Source of the DNA: Elusimicrobiota bacterium
GTDB taxonomy: Bacteria; Elusimicrobiota; Elusimicrobia; Elusimicrobiales; UBA9959
Reading direction: 5' to 3'
Length of the DNA stretch: 44,434 nucleotides
NCBI GenBank assembly: GCA_037137395.1
Contig: JBAXKK010000011.1
Coordinates: forward strand, 1-44,434
Shown here: piece after piece, positions 36,792 to 44,434 of the stretch
How positions within the stretch are numbered: position 1 is the stretch's first letter
Layout: every line of letters begins with the position of its first letter
Translations under genes and position numbers: made by a program
Notes under the pieces: model-generated
The model's input: only the letters and a program-made list of their open reading frames with translations
Databases searched by the model: none
What the model was told of the DNA's origin: nothing

Positions 36792-37282
36792 TTTATTTTC
36801 AATCCTTCCAGTATTCTTTTCGCTGAAGCGCCACTGGCGCGGGCACTTATGTCCCGTGTATCGCCGCCGGCCAGTTCAAAGTCCAGTTCAAGAAAATCCC
36901 CGCGGCCGTACAGATACTCGGCGGAAGAGGCCCACTCTATCGCGGTAACCCCGTCTTCAATTCCAAGATAATCTTCAAGGCCTATATTAGCCATCTCTTC
37001 CGGCGAGATCCGGAACAGATCGAAATGATACAGGTTCAGCTTAGCCCTCTTTCCGCCTTTATAAGTCCTCATAAGGTTGAAGCTGGCGCTCACCGGCGAG
37101 GTCCTTGAGCCGAGCGCGCCAGCCAGTCCTTTAACAAAGAACGTCTTGCCCGCGCCTATCATACCTTTGAGCGAAAGGACTTCCCCGCCTTTAAGCAGGC
37201 CGGCCAGCGCTCCGGCCAGCCGGAGGGTGTCGGACTGGCTTCGGCTCTTAAAAATGGTTGAAGCTTTGGGTTTTACCTTCAT
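36776..37282 (-). CDS. tsaE: tRNA threonylcarbamoyladenosine biosynthesis ATPase TsaE
   Basis: L.G.IGAGKT.FVKG, S.SF, YHFDLFR, IEWA. Confidence 0.93.
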   Translation of the reverse strand: MKVKPKASTIFKSRSQSDTLRLAGALAGLLKGGEVLSLKGMIGAGKTFFVKGLAGALGSRTSPVSASFNLMRTYKGGKRAKLNLYHFDLFRISPEEMANIGLEDYLGIEDGVTAIEWASSAEYLYGRGDFLELDFELAGGDTRDISARASGASAKRILEGLKIKWLKN

Positions 37283-38222
37283 AGCCTTCCATGACCACGC
37301 CAACTCCTTTTTCTATCCGACCGACGCACATCACTGCAGGCAGCAGTTTCTTAACGAGCGCAATCTTGGAGGGTTTCACAGTGAACACCAGCCCGTAATC
37401 CTCGCCTCCTGAAAAAGCGTATTCCCGCCATGATCTGCCCTTAGCCGCCGCGTAAGCCGCCAGAATCGGGGAAACAGCCTCCGGACCGGCCTGAAGCCTG
37501 ACGCGGCACCGGGACAACTCCGATAATATTCTAGCGCTCCGGCCCAGGCCGTCGGAATTATCAAGCATGGCCGAAGCAAGCCCCCGCGCGCCTATAAGCG
37601 CACCCTGTTTTAAAAAAGATTCTGGCTCCCAGAAACTGCGCACAAGTTTTTTAAAACGTTTCTTATCTGCGCCCAGCCCGCTTTTGAGTATTTCAAGACC
37701 GGCCTTCGCTTCGCCCAGCGGACCCAGGCTGAAAAGCGTGTCGCCGGACCGGGCGCCGTACCGCGTCACAATATTTTTTCTCTCGGCCTCGCCCCAGACG
37801 GTCATGTAAAAGTGTAGTTCTCTCGCGCCGGCAAGATTCCCGCCGGCTATGCTGAGACCGAATTTCAGAGCCTCTTTTTTAATGGCCTTTATAAACCGCA
37901 GGATGAAATCCGCAGGCAGATCCTTTGGCAGCCCGGCGCCTATCAGGCATGACACCGGCCTGACCCGGCCCATGGACGCCAGATCGCTCAGGTTTACGCG
38001 CATCAGTTTGCGCGCTAGCGCTTCCGGAGTGGAAAAGCGCCTCAGAAAATGGGTGTTTTCAACCAGTTCATCGGTGGTGATAACAAGCTCTTTGCCGGGG
38101 GTGGTTCTGAGAACAGCGCAATCGTCCCCCGGACCGAGAATCAGGCGCTTATCTCCCGGAAAACGGAAATATTTTTCTATGCGGGCCAGGATCCCGGCTT
38201 CGCCTTTTTGTGAAAGTTTCAT
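37248..38222 (-). CDS. thiL: Thiamine-monophosphate kinase
   Basis: GPGDDCA, D.LVE.THF, VNLSDLASMG, D.SDGL, GGEDY.LVFT; ATGA overlap with nnrD stop. Confidence 0.93.
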   Translation of the reverse strand: MKLSQKGEAGILARIEKYFRFPGDKRLILGPGDDCAVLRTTPGKELVITTDELVENTHFLRRFSTPEALARKLMRVNLSDLASMGRVRPVSCLIGAGLPKDLPADFILRFIKAIKKEALKFGLSIAGGNLAGARELHFYMTVWGEAERKNIVTRYGARSGDTLFSLGPLGEAKAGLEILKSGLGADKKRFKKLVRSFWEPESFLKQGALIGARGLASAMLDNSDGLGRSARILSELSRCRVRLQAGPEAVSPILAAYAAAKGRSWREYAFSGGEDYGLVFTVKPSKIALVKKLLPAVMCVGRIEKGVGVVMEGYEGKTQSFNHF

Positions 38223-39109
38223 ATATGCCTTATCTTCCGGAAAGCCGCCGGCAGGAATTTGACCAGTTCTCCGGCAAGCACGCAGCGCGATGTAAATCTT
38301 TCCGCCGCCAGGTCCCCGCATAAGCCATGCAGATAAACGCCCATCGCCGCGCTCTGGATGGCGGTGGCCGCGGTAAAGCCTTTACGGCGGCCGGCCTGCG
38401 CCCAAAGGCCGGTGATAAGCCCGGCCAGAACATCGCCGGAACCGCCTTTTGCCAGCGCCGGGCCGCCGGTAGTATTGCGCAAAAACTTATGTCCGTCGGT
38501 AATAAGCGTGCCCGGGCCTTTTAGCAGCCAGACCCCGCCAAAGCGGGCCTGGAGTTTTTGCAGCGTCTGCCTTTTTTCAGGCGGAGCTGTTTTAAAAAAT
38601 CGCGAAGCCTCGCCGGCGTGGGGCGTAAAGATCCTGACCGCTCCCTGGTCAATCGCAACTTCGCCGCGGCGCGACAGAGCGTTGAGGGCGTCGGCGTCTA
38701 CAACCGCGGGGATATCAATACTCTTCAGTATTGCCAGGACAAAATCCGAAGTTTCGCCTTTAAGCGACAAACCCGGACCGATAAGACATACGTCGTATTT
38801 TTTATCTTTCTGGAAAGCCAGGACCTTGCCGGCCGCTTTAAGCGACGCCGCCCCGTCTACGGAAGGCAGAGGAAGCGTCATGGCTTCTGGGACGGCGCCG
38901 GCTATAACCGGCTGTTCGGAGTCCGGGCAGGCCACGGTCACCAGCCCGGCGCCGGCCTTAAGCGCCGCACGCGCGGCCAGTACCGCGGCCCCGGTCATGC
39001 CGCGTGAACCGGCGATTATGAGCGCTCTGCCGTAATCTCCTTTATGGGAGTCTTTTTTTCGCGGCAAAAGGAACGGCTTTAAGTATTCAGCGGTGATATT
39101 AATATTCAT
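38219..39109 (-). CDS. nnrD: ADP-dependent NAD(P)H-hydrate dehydratase (stand-alone)
   Basis: SHKGDYG, IGPGL, DADAL, TPHAGEA, LAKGGSGDVLAG. Confidence 0.93.
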   Translation of the reverse strand: MNINITAEYLKPFLLPRKKDSHKGDYGRALIIAGSRGMTGAAVLAARAALKAGAGLVTVACPDSEQPVIAGAVPEAMTLPLPSVDGAASLKAAGKVLAFQKDKKYDVCLIGPGLSLKGETSDFVLAILKSIDIPAVVDADALNALSRRGEVAIDQGAVRIFTPHAGEASRFFKTAPPEKRQTLQKLQARFGGVWLLKGPGTLITDGHKFLRNTTGGPALAKGGSGDVLAGLITGLWAQAGRRKGFTAATAIQSAAMGVYLHGLCGDLAAERFTSRCVLAGELVKFLPAAFRKIRHI

Positions 39110-39126
39110 GATAAAACTATTTTTTT

Positions 39127-39156
39127 GCCATACGCCATAGGCCATTAGCCATACGC
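39127..39156. repeat. Single heptamer array (GCCATAS), same unit as at 6395
   Basis: gccatac gccatag gccatta gccatac gc. Confidence 0.8.
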
Positions 39157-39174
39157 AGAATTAAAGGAGCATTT

Positions 39175-39540
39175 TCAGGCTTTAAACGCTATGGCGGACG
39201 CGCACGCGTAATTTGCGGTGTGAGAAAGCGAAAGCATAATGGTTATGCCTTTAAGACCCGCGCCTTTTAGCGCGACTTCCGGCCTGCCGGTTTCGGTTTT
39301 AGAGATAGATATCGCCTTAAGCGGCAGGTCCTTCCTGTCCAGCGCCTTTATAACGGCTTCCTTGGCGGAGAAGCGCGCCGCAATGCGTTCACAGGCGTTC
39401 TTGCCTTTGAGGCAATAGGCGATCTCTTCCGGAGTAAAAAATCTTTTGAGGAAAGACGGGGTTTTTCTGTAGAGGCGCCTGACGCGGGCAACCTCGGTTA
39501 TGTCTATGCCCACGCCGCAAACCGTGCTGTTTTTTTTCAT
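39175..39540 (-). CDS. acpS: Holo-[acyl-carrier-protein] synthase
   Basis: GVGIDI, FT.EE, AARFSAKEA..KAL, SLSH. Confidence 0.94.
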   Translation of the reverse strand: MKKNSTVCGVGIDITEVARVRRLYRKTPSFLKRFFTPEEIAYCLKGKNACERIAARFSAKEAVIKALDRKDLPLKAISISKTETGRPEVALKGAGLKGITIMLSLSHTANYACASAIAFKA

Positions 39541-39559
39541 ACCCTGAACCCTATACCCT
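39541..39559. repeat. Heptamer array (ACCCTRW) downstream of glmS
   Basis: accctga accctat accct; 18/19 inverted match to 41443-41461. Confidence 0.75.
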
Positions 39560-39562
39560 TAT

Positions 39563-41437
39563 TTATCGGACCGTGACGCTTTTGGCCAGATTTCTGGGTT
39601 TATCAATGTCGCATTTTTTGGAAAGCGCGACAAAATAGGCGAAGAGCTGCAGCGGAATGACCGTGAGCAGCGGCGAAAGTATCTCAAGGGTCTTCGGCAC
39701 CATTATATACTTGGAAGCTTTTATTATTTTTCTGGAATCCTCGTCTACGATAGCTATCACCTCGGCCCCCCGGGCCTTGGCTTCTTCTATATTGTTGGCG
39801 ACAAGTGAAAGCATTTTAGAGGTAGTCGCTATAGCCAGCACCGGCATGCCCTTATAGATGATGGCTATCGGGCCGTGCTTCATTTCGCCGGCGGCGTACC
39901 CCTCCGCGTGTACGTATGAGATCTCTTTTATCTTCAGGGCGCCTTCCAGCGCGATGGGGAAATTAATATGCCTGGCGATGAAAAGGAAGTGTTCGCTTTT
40001 AGCGAAACACTCGGCCACTTTGGAGATGGCGCCCTCGCCGGCCAGCGTGTCCTCTATCAGGCGCGGTATTTTGAGGAACTCATCCACATACTTCCGCGCG
40101 TCGGCTTCAAAAATATTCTTTCGGATGACAGCGAAATGGATGGCCAAAATGTACATGGCGGCCATCTGGCCGATGAAAGCCTTGGTGGAGGCAACGCCTA
40201 TTTCCGGACCGCAGTGCGTATAGAGCACAAAATCGGCCTCGCGGGTCAGGGTGGAGCCCAGGGTATTGGTTATAGCCAATACTTTTCCGCCTGAGGCTTT
40301 GGCCTCGCGCACGGCGTAAAGGGTGTCGGCGGTTTCACCGGACTGAGAGACGGCGATGACCAGAATATCCTTGTTCACGATCTTGGCCCGGTCGGAAAAC
40401 TCAGAGGCAAAATCCACCGATGTCGGCAGCCCGAAGTTTTCAAACACATACCTGCCTACCAGCCCAGCGTGATAGGCGGTGCCGCAGGCTATGATCTGCA
40501 CGCCCTTTATATTTTTAATTAATTCCGACGGCAGATTTATCTCCTGCTGGAGTATATCGCCGTTAAGAGGCAGCAGACGGCCCCTTAAAGTGTTCTCCAC
40601 GGACTCCGGCTGCTCATGTATCTCTTTGAGCATAAAATGCTTGTAGCCGCCCTTTTCAGCCATGGTTGAATCCCACTGTATGGTGACGGGCGAATGGTCA
40701 AGCTTTTTACCCTGGAAATTGAAATAGGAAACAGAATCGGCTTTTACCGCGGCGATTTCGCCGTCGTTCATGAACACGGCTTTTTTGGTATATTTCAGGA
40801 ACGCGGAAACATCGGAGGCTATAAAGTTCTCACCGTCGCCGAGACCTATGACCAGCGGGCTGTGCTGACGCGCGGCCAGAAGCATATTGGGGCACTTGGC
40901 CCACAACACTGCCATAGCAAACGAGCCCTGGAGTTCCGCGATGGCACGCCGGACGGCCTCGAAAAAAACCGGCTCAAGAATAGCGCCGCGCGCGGCGGCC
41001 CCGGACACGTTAAGCGTTTTTAATTTTTCTTCTATGAGGTGGACCACTACTTCTGTGTCGGTCTCGGACTTGAATTTATGGCCGGTTTTTAAAAGCTGCC
41101 CCTTTAGATCCAGATAGTTCTCAATAATTCCATTATGGACTATTACAACCTGTTTATTGCAGTCCGTGTGCGGGTGCGCGTTATCTTCGGACGGGACGCC
41201 GTGGGTAGCCCAGCGGGTGTGACCTATTCCCACCACCCCTTTTTTGAGCGGGTCTTTGGCGATAAGGGCGTCAAGCGCGTCCACACGACCGCTGACGCGT
41301 TTAAGGTAAAGTTCGTTCTTGGGGTTTATCCCGGCCACGCCGCATGAGTCATAACCGCGGTATTCAAGCCGCTTCAGCCCGTCAACCAGGATATCCGTGG
41401 CTGTTTTTTTTCCGATGTAACCTGTTATTCCGCACAT
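39563..41437 (-). CDS. glmS: Glutamine--fructose-6-phosphate aminotransferase
   Basis: MCGI, LEYRGYDS, GHTRWATHG, SQSGETADT, PRNLAKSVT. Confidence 0.98.
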   Translation of the reverse strand: MCGITGYIGKKTATDILVDGLKRLEYRGYDSCGVAGINPKNELYLKRVSGRVDALDALIAKDPLKKGVVGIGHTRWATHGVPSEDNAHPHTDCNKQVVIVHNGIIENYLDLKGQLLKTGHKFKSETDTEVVVHLIEEKLKTLNVSGAAARGAILEPVFFEAVRRAIAELQGSFAMAVLWAKCPNMLLAARQHSPLVIGLGDGENFIASDVSAFLKYTKKAVFMNDGEIAAVKADSVSYFNFQGKKLDHSPVTIQWDSTMAEKGGYKHFMLKEIHEQPESVENTLRGRLLPLNGDILQQEINLPSELIKNIKGVQIIACGTAYHAGLVGRYVFENFGLPTSVDFASEFSDRAKIVNKDILVIAVSQSGETADTLYAVREAKASGGKVLAITNTLGSTLTREADFVLYTHCGPEIGVASTKAFIGQMAAMYILAIHFAVIRKNIFEADARKYVDEFLKIPRLIEDTLAGEGAISKVAECFAKSEHFLFIARHINFPIALEGALKIKEISYVHAEGYAAGEMKHGPIAIIYKGMPVLAIATTSKMLSLVANNIEEAKARGAEVIAIVDEDSRKIIKASKYIMVPKTLEILSPLLTVIPLQLFAYFVALSKKCDIDKPRNLAKSVTVR

Positions 41438-41441
41438 AAGT

Positions 41442-41580
41442 TAGGGTATAGGGTGCAGGGTTCAGGGGACAGTTCTGAAAAGAAAATCTGTTTAACCCCG
41501 TCCTTAATTACCCATGATCTCCTGTTAAAATATTTTTAAATTGCTCTCTACTTACCCTAACCCCTGTCCCCTATACCCTG
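41442..41580. repeat. Inverted pair of heptamer arrays (TAGGGTA / TACCCTA) in glmS leader
   Basis: tagggta tagggtg cagggtt cagggga ... tacccta acccctg tccccta taccctg. Confidence 0.85.
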
Positions 41581-41583
41581 CTG

Positions 41584-42303
41584 CTACTGCATCAGCCTTT
41601 TCATCTCGGCCACGGAGTTCTTTAGGCCGACAAAAACGGCTTTAGAGATGATCGAGTATCCTATATTGAGGTAATCCATCCCTTCTATTCTGGCCACCGC
41701 CACGACATTATAATAATCCAGGCCGTGCCCGGCGTGTAATCCCATTTTAAGTTCTTTTACCAGGAAAGAGGCCAACTGCAGTTTCTCAAGTTCTTTAGCC
41801 TGCAGCTTCTTTCCCCAGGATTCTGAATAGGCGCTGGTGCAAAGCTCTATGCTGTCGGCGCCGATATTATGCGCGGCGCGTATGACCTGAGGCTCCGGAT
41901 CCACGAAAAGGCTGACCTCAATGCCGGATTTTGAAAGGTTTCGCGTGATCTTCTCAAGGTCGGAGAGTTTGCCGGTCATCTTCAGACCGCCCTGAGTTGT
42001 AAGTTCATGCGCGGATTCCGGCACTATGCAGACCGAATCCGGCCTTACCCTCAGCGCTATTTTTTCCATTTCGGCCGTGGCGGCCATCTCAAGGTGCAAG
42101 ATGCCTTTAACTTCCTGCCTGACCCTCTCCAGGTCCGAATCCTTTATATGGCGGCGGTCGCCGCGCAGATGCATTACAACCATGTCCCCGCCGGAACTGA
42201 GGACCACGCGCGCGGCCTCCACGGTGTCGGGGTTCTTCTCGTTCCGTGCGTTCCTTAAAGTGGCAATGTGGTCGATATTGACGCCAAGTTTTATATTTCT
42301 CAT
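41584..42303 (-). CDS. pdxJ: Pyridoxine 5'-phosphate synthase
   Basis: LGVNIDHIATLRNAR, HLR.DRRHI, VPE...ELTT.GGL, AGHGL; GGAGG RBS. Confidence 0.96.
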   Translation of the reverse strand: MRNIKLGVNIDHIATLRNARNEKNPDTVEAARVVLSSGGDMVVMHLRGDRRHIKDSDLERVRQEVKGILHLEMAATAEMEKIALRVRPDSVCIVPESAHELTTQGGLKMTGKLSDLEKITRNLSKSGIEVSLFVDPEPQVIRAAHNIGADSIELCTSAYSESWGKKLQAKELEKLQLASFLVKELKMGLHAGHGLDYYNVVAVARIEGMDYLNIGYSIISKAVFVGLKNSVAEMKRLMQ

Positions 42304-42333
42304 AAACCCTCCTTTAAAATCCAACTCAACTTT

Positions 42334-43701
42334 TTACTTTTTCCCAGCCAGCGCGCCCGAATGCTTCTTATAATGAGCTATCAGGTCGTCGGCGATGGTT
42401 TTGATGGCGGCCCTGGACTCGCCTTCCACAAGTATGCGCAGCAGCGGCTCGGTGCCGGAATACCGTATAAAAATCCGGCCGTTGCCCCTGAGTTCATCCT
42501 CAAATTTTAAAATCTTGTCATTAAAACCGCGAACCTTTTCAAGGGGCGGCTTATTGGAAACCTTCAGCGACCCCACCACCTGCGGATAGCGTTTCCAGAG
42601 GTTCCTGAAGTAACCCAAAGGCCTGCCCATGTCCCGCACGGCGGCGAGGATCTGAACGGCAGTAAGTATCCCGTCCCCGGTCGGGGCGAACTCCCTGAAA
42701 ATTATATGCCCGCTGGATTCCCCGCCTATCTTCAAGTCCTCTTTGCGCATAGCGTCAGTGACGTTCTTGTCTCCCACAGGAACCTGGATCACTTTAATAC
42801 CGAGATCGCTCAGGTGTTTTATGAGCCCGTAGTTGGACATAAAAGTCAAAACGGCCTTCTTATTAGTCAGCCGGTCAGCCTTAAGCATGTAGGGAGCGGC
42901 GATCGAAACAAGGTCGTCCCCGTCCAAAAGCCCCCCTTTTTCATCGGAGAACATGCAGCGGTCCGCGTCGCCGTCCAGGCTGATGCCGCAATAGGCGCCT
43001 GTGCGCAGGGTCTCTTTACGCATGGCTTCCGTATAAAGAGCCCCGCAGCCGATATTTATATTTTTACCGTCCGGCTTGGCCCCCATAACCGTCACGTCCG
43101 CGCCCAGATCTTTGAATATCTTAGGGGCTGTTTTATAAGCAGCGCCATTGGCGCAGTCCAGCACCAGTTTTACTCCCTTCAGGGAAAAGCCCTTGGGCAG
43201 CGTGCCTTTGATGAAATCTATATAGTCGCGGGAATAATCCTTTTTCTGGATGGCGTGCTTTATATGCTTAAAAACCAGCGGCTTACCGCTTAAAAGCAGG
43301 GCTTCTATCTTGCCCTCTATGGCGTCGCTCAATTTAAGCCCGTCGCGGGAGAAAAATTTTATGCCGTTGAATTCCGGCGGGTTATGGCTGGCTGAGATAA
43401 CTATACCGAAATCCGCGTTCTCTCTTTTAACCAGATACGCCACGGCCGGAGTGGAGATGACGCCGAGGTCCAGAACCTTGAACTTATTCGCCCAGATGCC
43501 CTCGACCAGCGCTTTTTTTATGCGCTGGCCGGAAGCTCTGGAATCCATGCCGATAAGGACCACCGGTTTAGTGTCCGGATGCCTGTTATAATTGGCAAGC
43601 ACCCGCGTGGCGGCATAGCCTATCTTGCTTATAAAATCCTCGGTAAAGGGATATTCCCAGGGAATGCCTCTGATACCGTCGGTTCCGAATAATTTACCCA
43701 T
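42334..43701 (-). CDS. glmM: Phosphoglucosamine mutase
   Basis: LFGTDGIRG, ISASHNP, DGDADR, GGESSGH, RYSGTEPL.R. Confidence 0.97.
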   Translation of the reverse strand: MGKLFGTDGIRGIPWEYPFTEDFISKIGYAATRVLANYNRHPDTKPVVLIGMDSRASGQRIKKALVEGIWANKFKVLDLGVISTPAVAYLVKRENADFGIVISASHNPPEFNGIKFFSRDGLKLSDAIEGKIEALLLSGKPLVFKHIKHAIQKKDYSRDYIDFIKGTLPKGFSLKGVKLVLDCANGAAYKTAPKIFKDLGADVTVMGAKPDGKNINIGCGALYTEAMRKETLRTGAYCGISLDGDADRCMFSDEKGGLLDGDDLVSIAAPYMLKADRLTNKKAVLTFMSNYGLIKHLSDLGIKVIQVPVGDKNVTDAMRKEDLKIGGESSGHIIFREFAPTGDGILTAVQILAAVRDMGRPLGYFRNLWKRYPQVVGSLKVSNKPPLEKVRGFNDKILKFEDELRGNGRIFIRYSGTEPLLRILVEGESRAAIKTIADDLIAHYKKHSGALAGKK

Positions 43702-43832
43702 AAAATTAGAAAATTCCAGCAATGGCACCCCGTGCCAGACTTTTGCCTAATGAATACTAATTTTATATTATATTGTCGTCAGTCGTCTAGGACATCCTCC
43801 TTCAAAGCAGGTAAAAACCGGAAGATGTATTT

Positions 43833-44102
43833 ATGCAGAACAAATTTTACGTATACTTGCTGAAAAGCCTGAAAGATGGCAAGATATACACAGGCTGTAC
43901 GGCTAACCTGACACAAAGACTCAAGGAACATAATTCAGGTCTTTCTTAATACACGAAAGGACACAAGCCGTGGGATTTGGCCTGGTATGCGGTATTTTCC
44001 GATAAAACGACCGCCTTCGCTTTCGAAAAATACTTAAAAACCGCGGCCGGGAAAACATTTTCCAGAAGGCATTTAGTCAGCCCAGCGACAAGTCCGCAAT
44101 GA
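43833..44102 (+). pseudogene. GIY-YIG nuclease with in-frame TAA at codon 39
   Basis: Manual translation MQNKFYVYLLKSLKDGKIYTGCTANLTQRLKEHNSGLS*YTKGHKPWDLAWYAVFSDKTTAFAFEKYLKTAAGKTFSRRHL; stop at 43947-43949. Confidence 0.85.
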
Positions 44103-44112
44103 TGCAGCTCTC

Positions 44113-44171
44113 CCCCGCCGTAGCGACGCGGAGGCGGAAATAAAGACTCGCCGAAACGACGTGGAGGCGGG
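44113..44171. repeat. Two imperfect REP-like direct repeats, each a small hairpin
   Basis: cccgccgtagcgacgcggaggcgg and ctcgccgaaacgacgtggaggcggg. Confidence 0.65.
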
Positions 44172-44182
44172 CCAAGGACGTG

Positions 44183-44227
44183 TCCTTCTATTTAGAGCCT
44201 CATATTATGAGGCTCTAAATAGAAGGA
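44183..44227. repeat. Perfect 22-bp inverted repeat with 1-nt centre abutting tRNA-Ser
   Basis: tccttctatttagagcctcata-t-tatgaggctctaaatagaagga. Confidence 0.92.
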
Positions 44228-44309
44228 GAGGTGTGTGAGCGGTTGAAACAGCAGGTCTCGAAAACCTGTAAGGCGCAAGCCTTCGAGGGTTCGAATCCCT
44301 CCCTCTCCG
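44225..44309 (+). tRNA. tRNA-Ser (CGA), CCA not encoded
   Basis: GGAGAGG/CCTCTCC acceptor stem, CAGGT-CTCGAAA-ACCTG anticodon arm, long variable arm AAGGC-GCAA-GCCTT, GTTCGAATC. Confidence 0.96.
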
Positions 44310-44434
44310 AACTTTTTGACTTTTAAAAAATTCTGCCGAAAAAAATAAATTTTCCGCGCGCGCAGAATTAAAATTAAGCAGTAATTCCCAAGGTTTTTTG
44401 AACTCGACGGAAAGCCGCCGCCTGCCTATACGGA

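Noticed and set aside
39110..39145. VWQK peptide upstream of nnrD as a second four-helix-bundle relic
   Set aside because: It arises from the repeat unit running into an A-tract, so it is probably coincidental.
1082..41580. CRISPR array or DGR suggested by the repeats
   Set aside because: Units are 7-8 nt and tandem without unique spacers; no cas or reverse transcriptase gene and no template/variable repeat pair seen.
41438..41583. glmS ribozyme in the glmS leader
   Set aside because: No recognisable conserved ribozyme core; the region is explained by heptamer arrays.
43947..43949. Stop-codon recoding in the GIY-YIG gene
   Set aside because: TAA is used as a normal stop by many genes in the window; a nonsense mutation or sequencing error is simpler.

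Overview
Bacterial chromosomal window, most consistent with Elusimicrobiota (inferred from gene content: PorV/UPF0164-like protein, spoVG, sdhCAB of the b558 type, NHL/TPR surface proteins). The right half is a long minus-strand housekeeping run (glmM-pdxJ-glmS-acpS-nnrD-thiL-tsaE-tsaB-rimI-TPR-ispE-spoVG-tRNA-Gln-[GT2/21, GIY-YIG/GH insert]-glmU-prs-rplY-pth), with a GIY-YIG pseudogene and tRNA-Ser(CGA) at the far end. The left half has a luciferase-less luxE/luxC-type acyl-reductase cluster (GNAT, LuxE, LuxC fused to a PaaK-like ligase, M29 aminopeptidase, nucleotide-translocase-like MFS), a large NHL/FN3/transglutaminase-like/TPR exported protein, sdhCAB and a class I fumarase. The most striking unannotated signal is about a dozen short degenerate 7-mer (and 8-mer) tandem arrays at gene junctions, mostly with different units and usually arranged as inverted pairs. 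One pair brackets a 7-codon relic (MRNFREL) resembling the start of a four-helix-bundle gene, one pair brackets glmS, and related arrays sit in frame inside tsaB and luxE. No CRISPR array, rRNA, transposase or integrase was seen.
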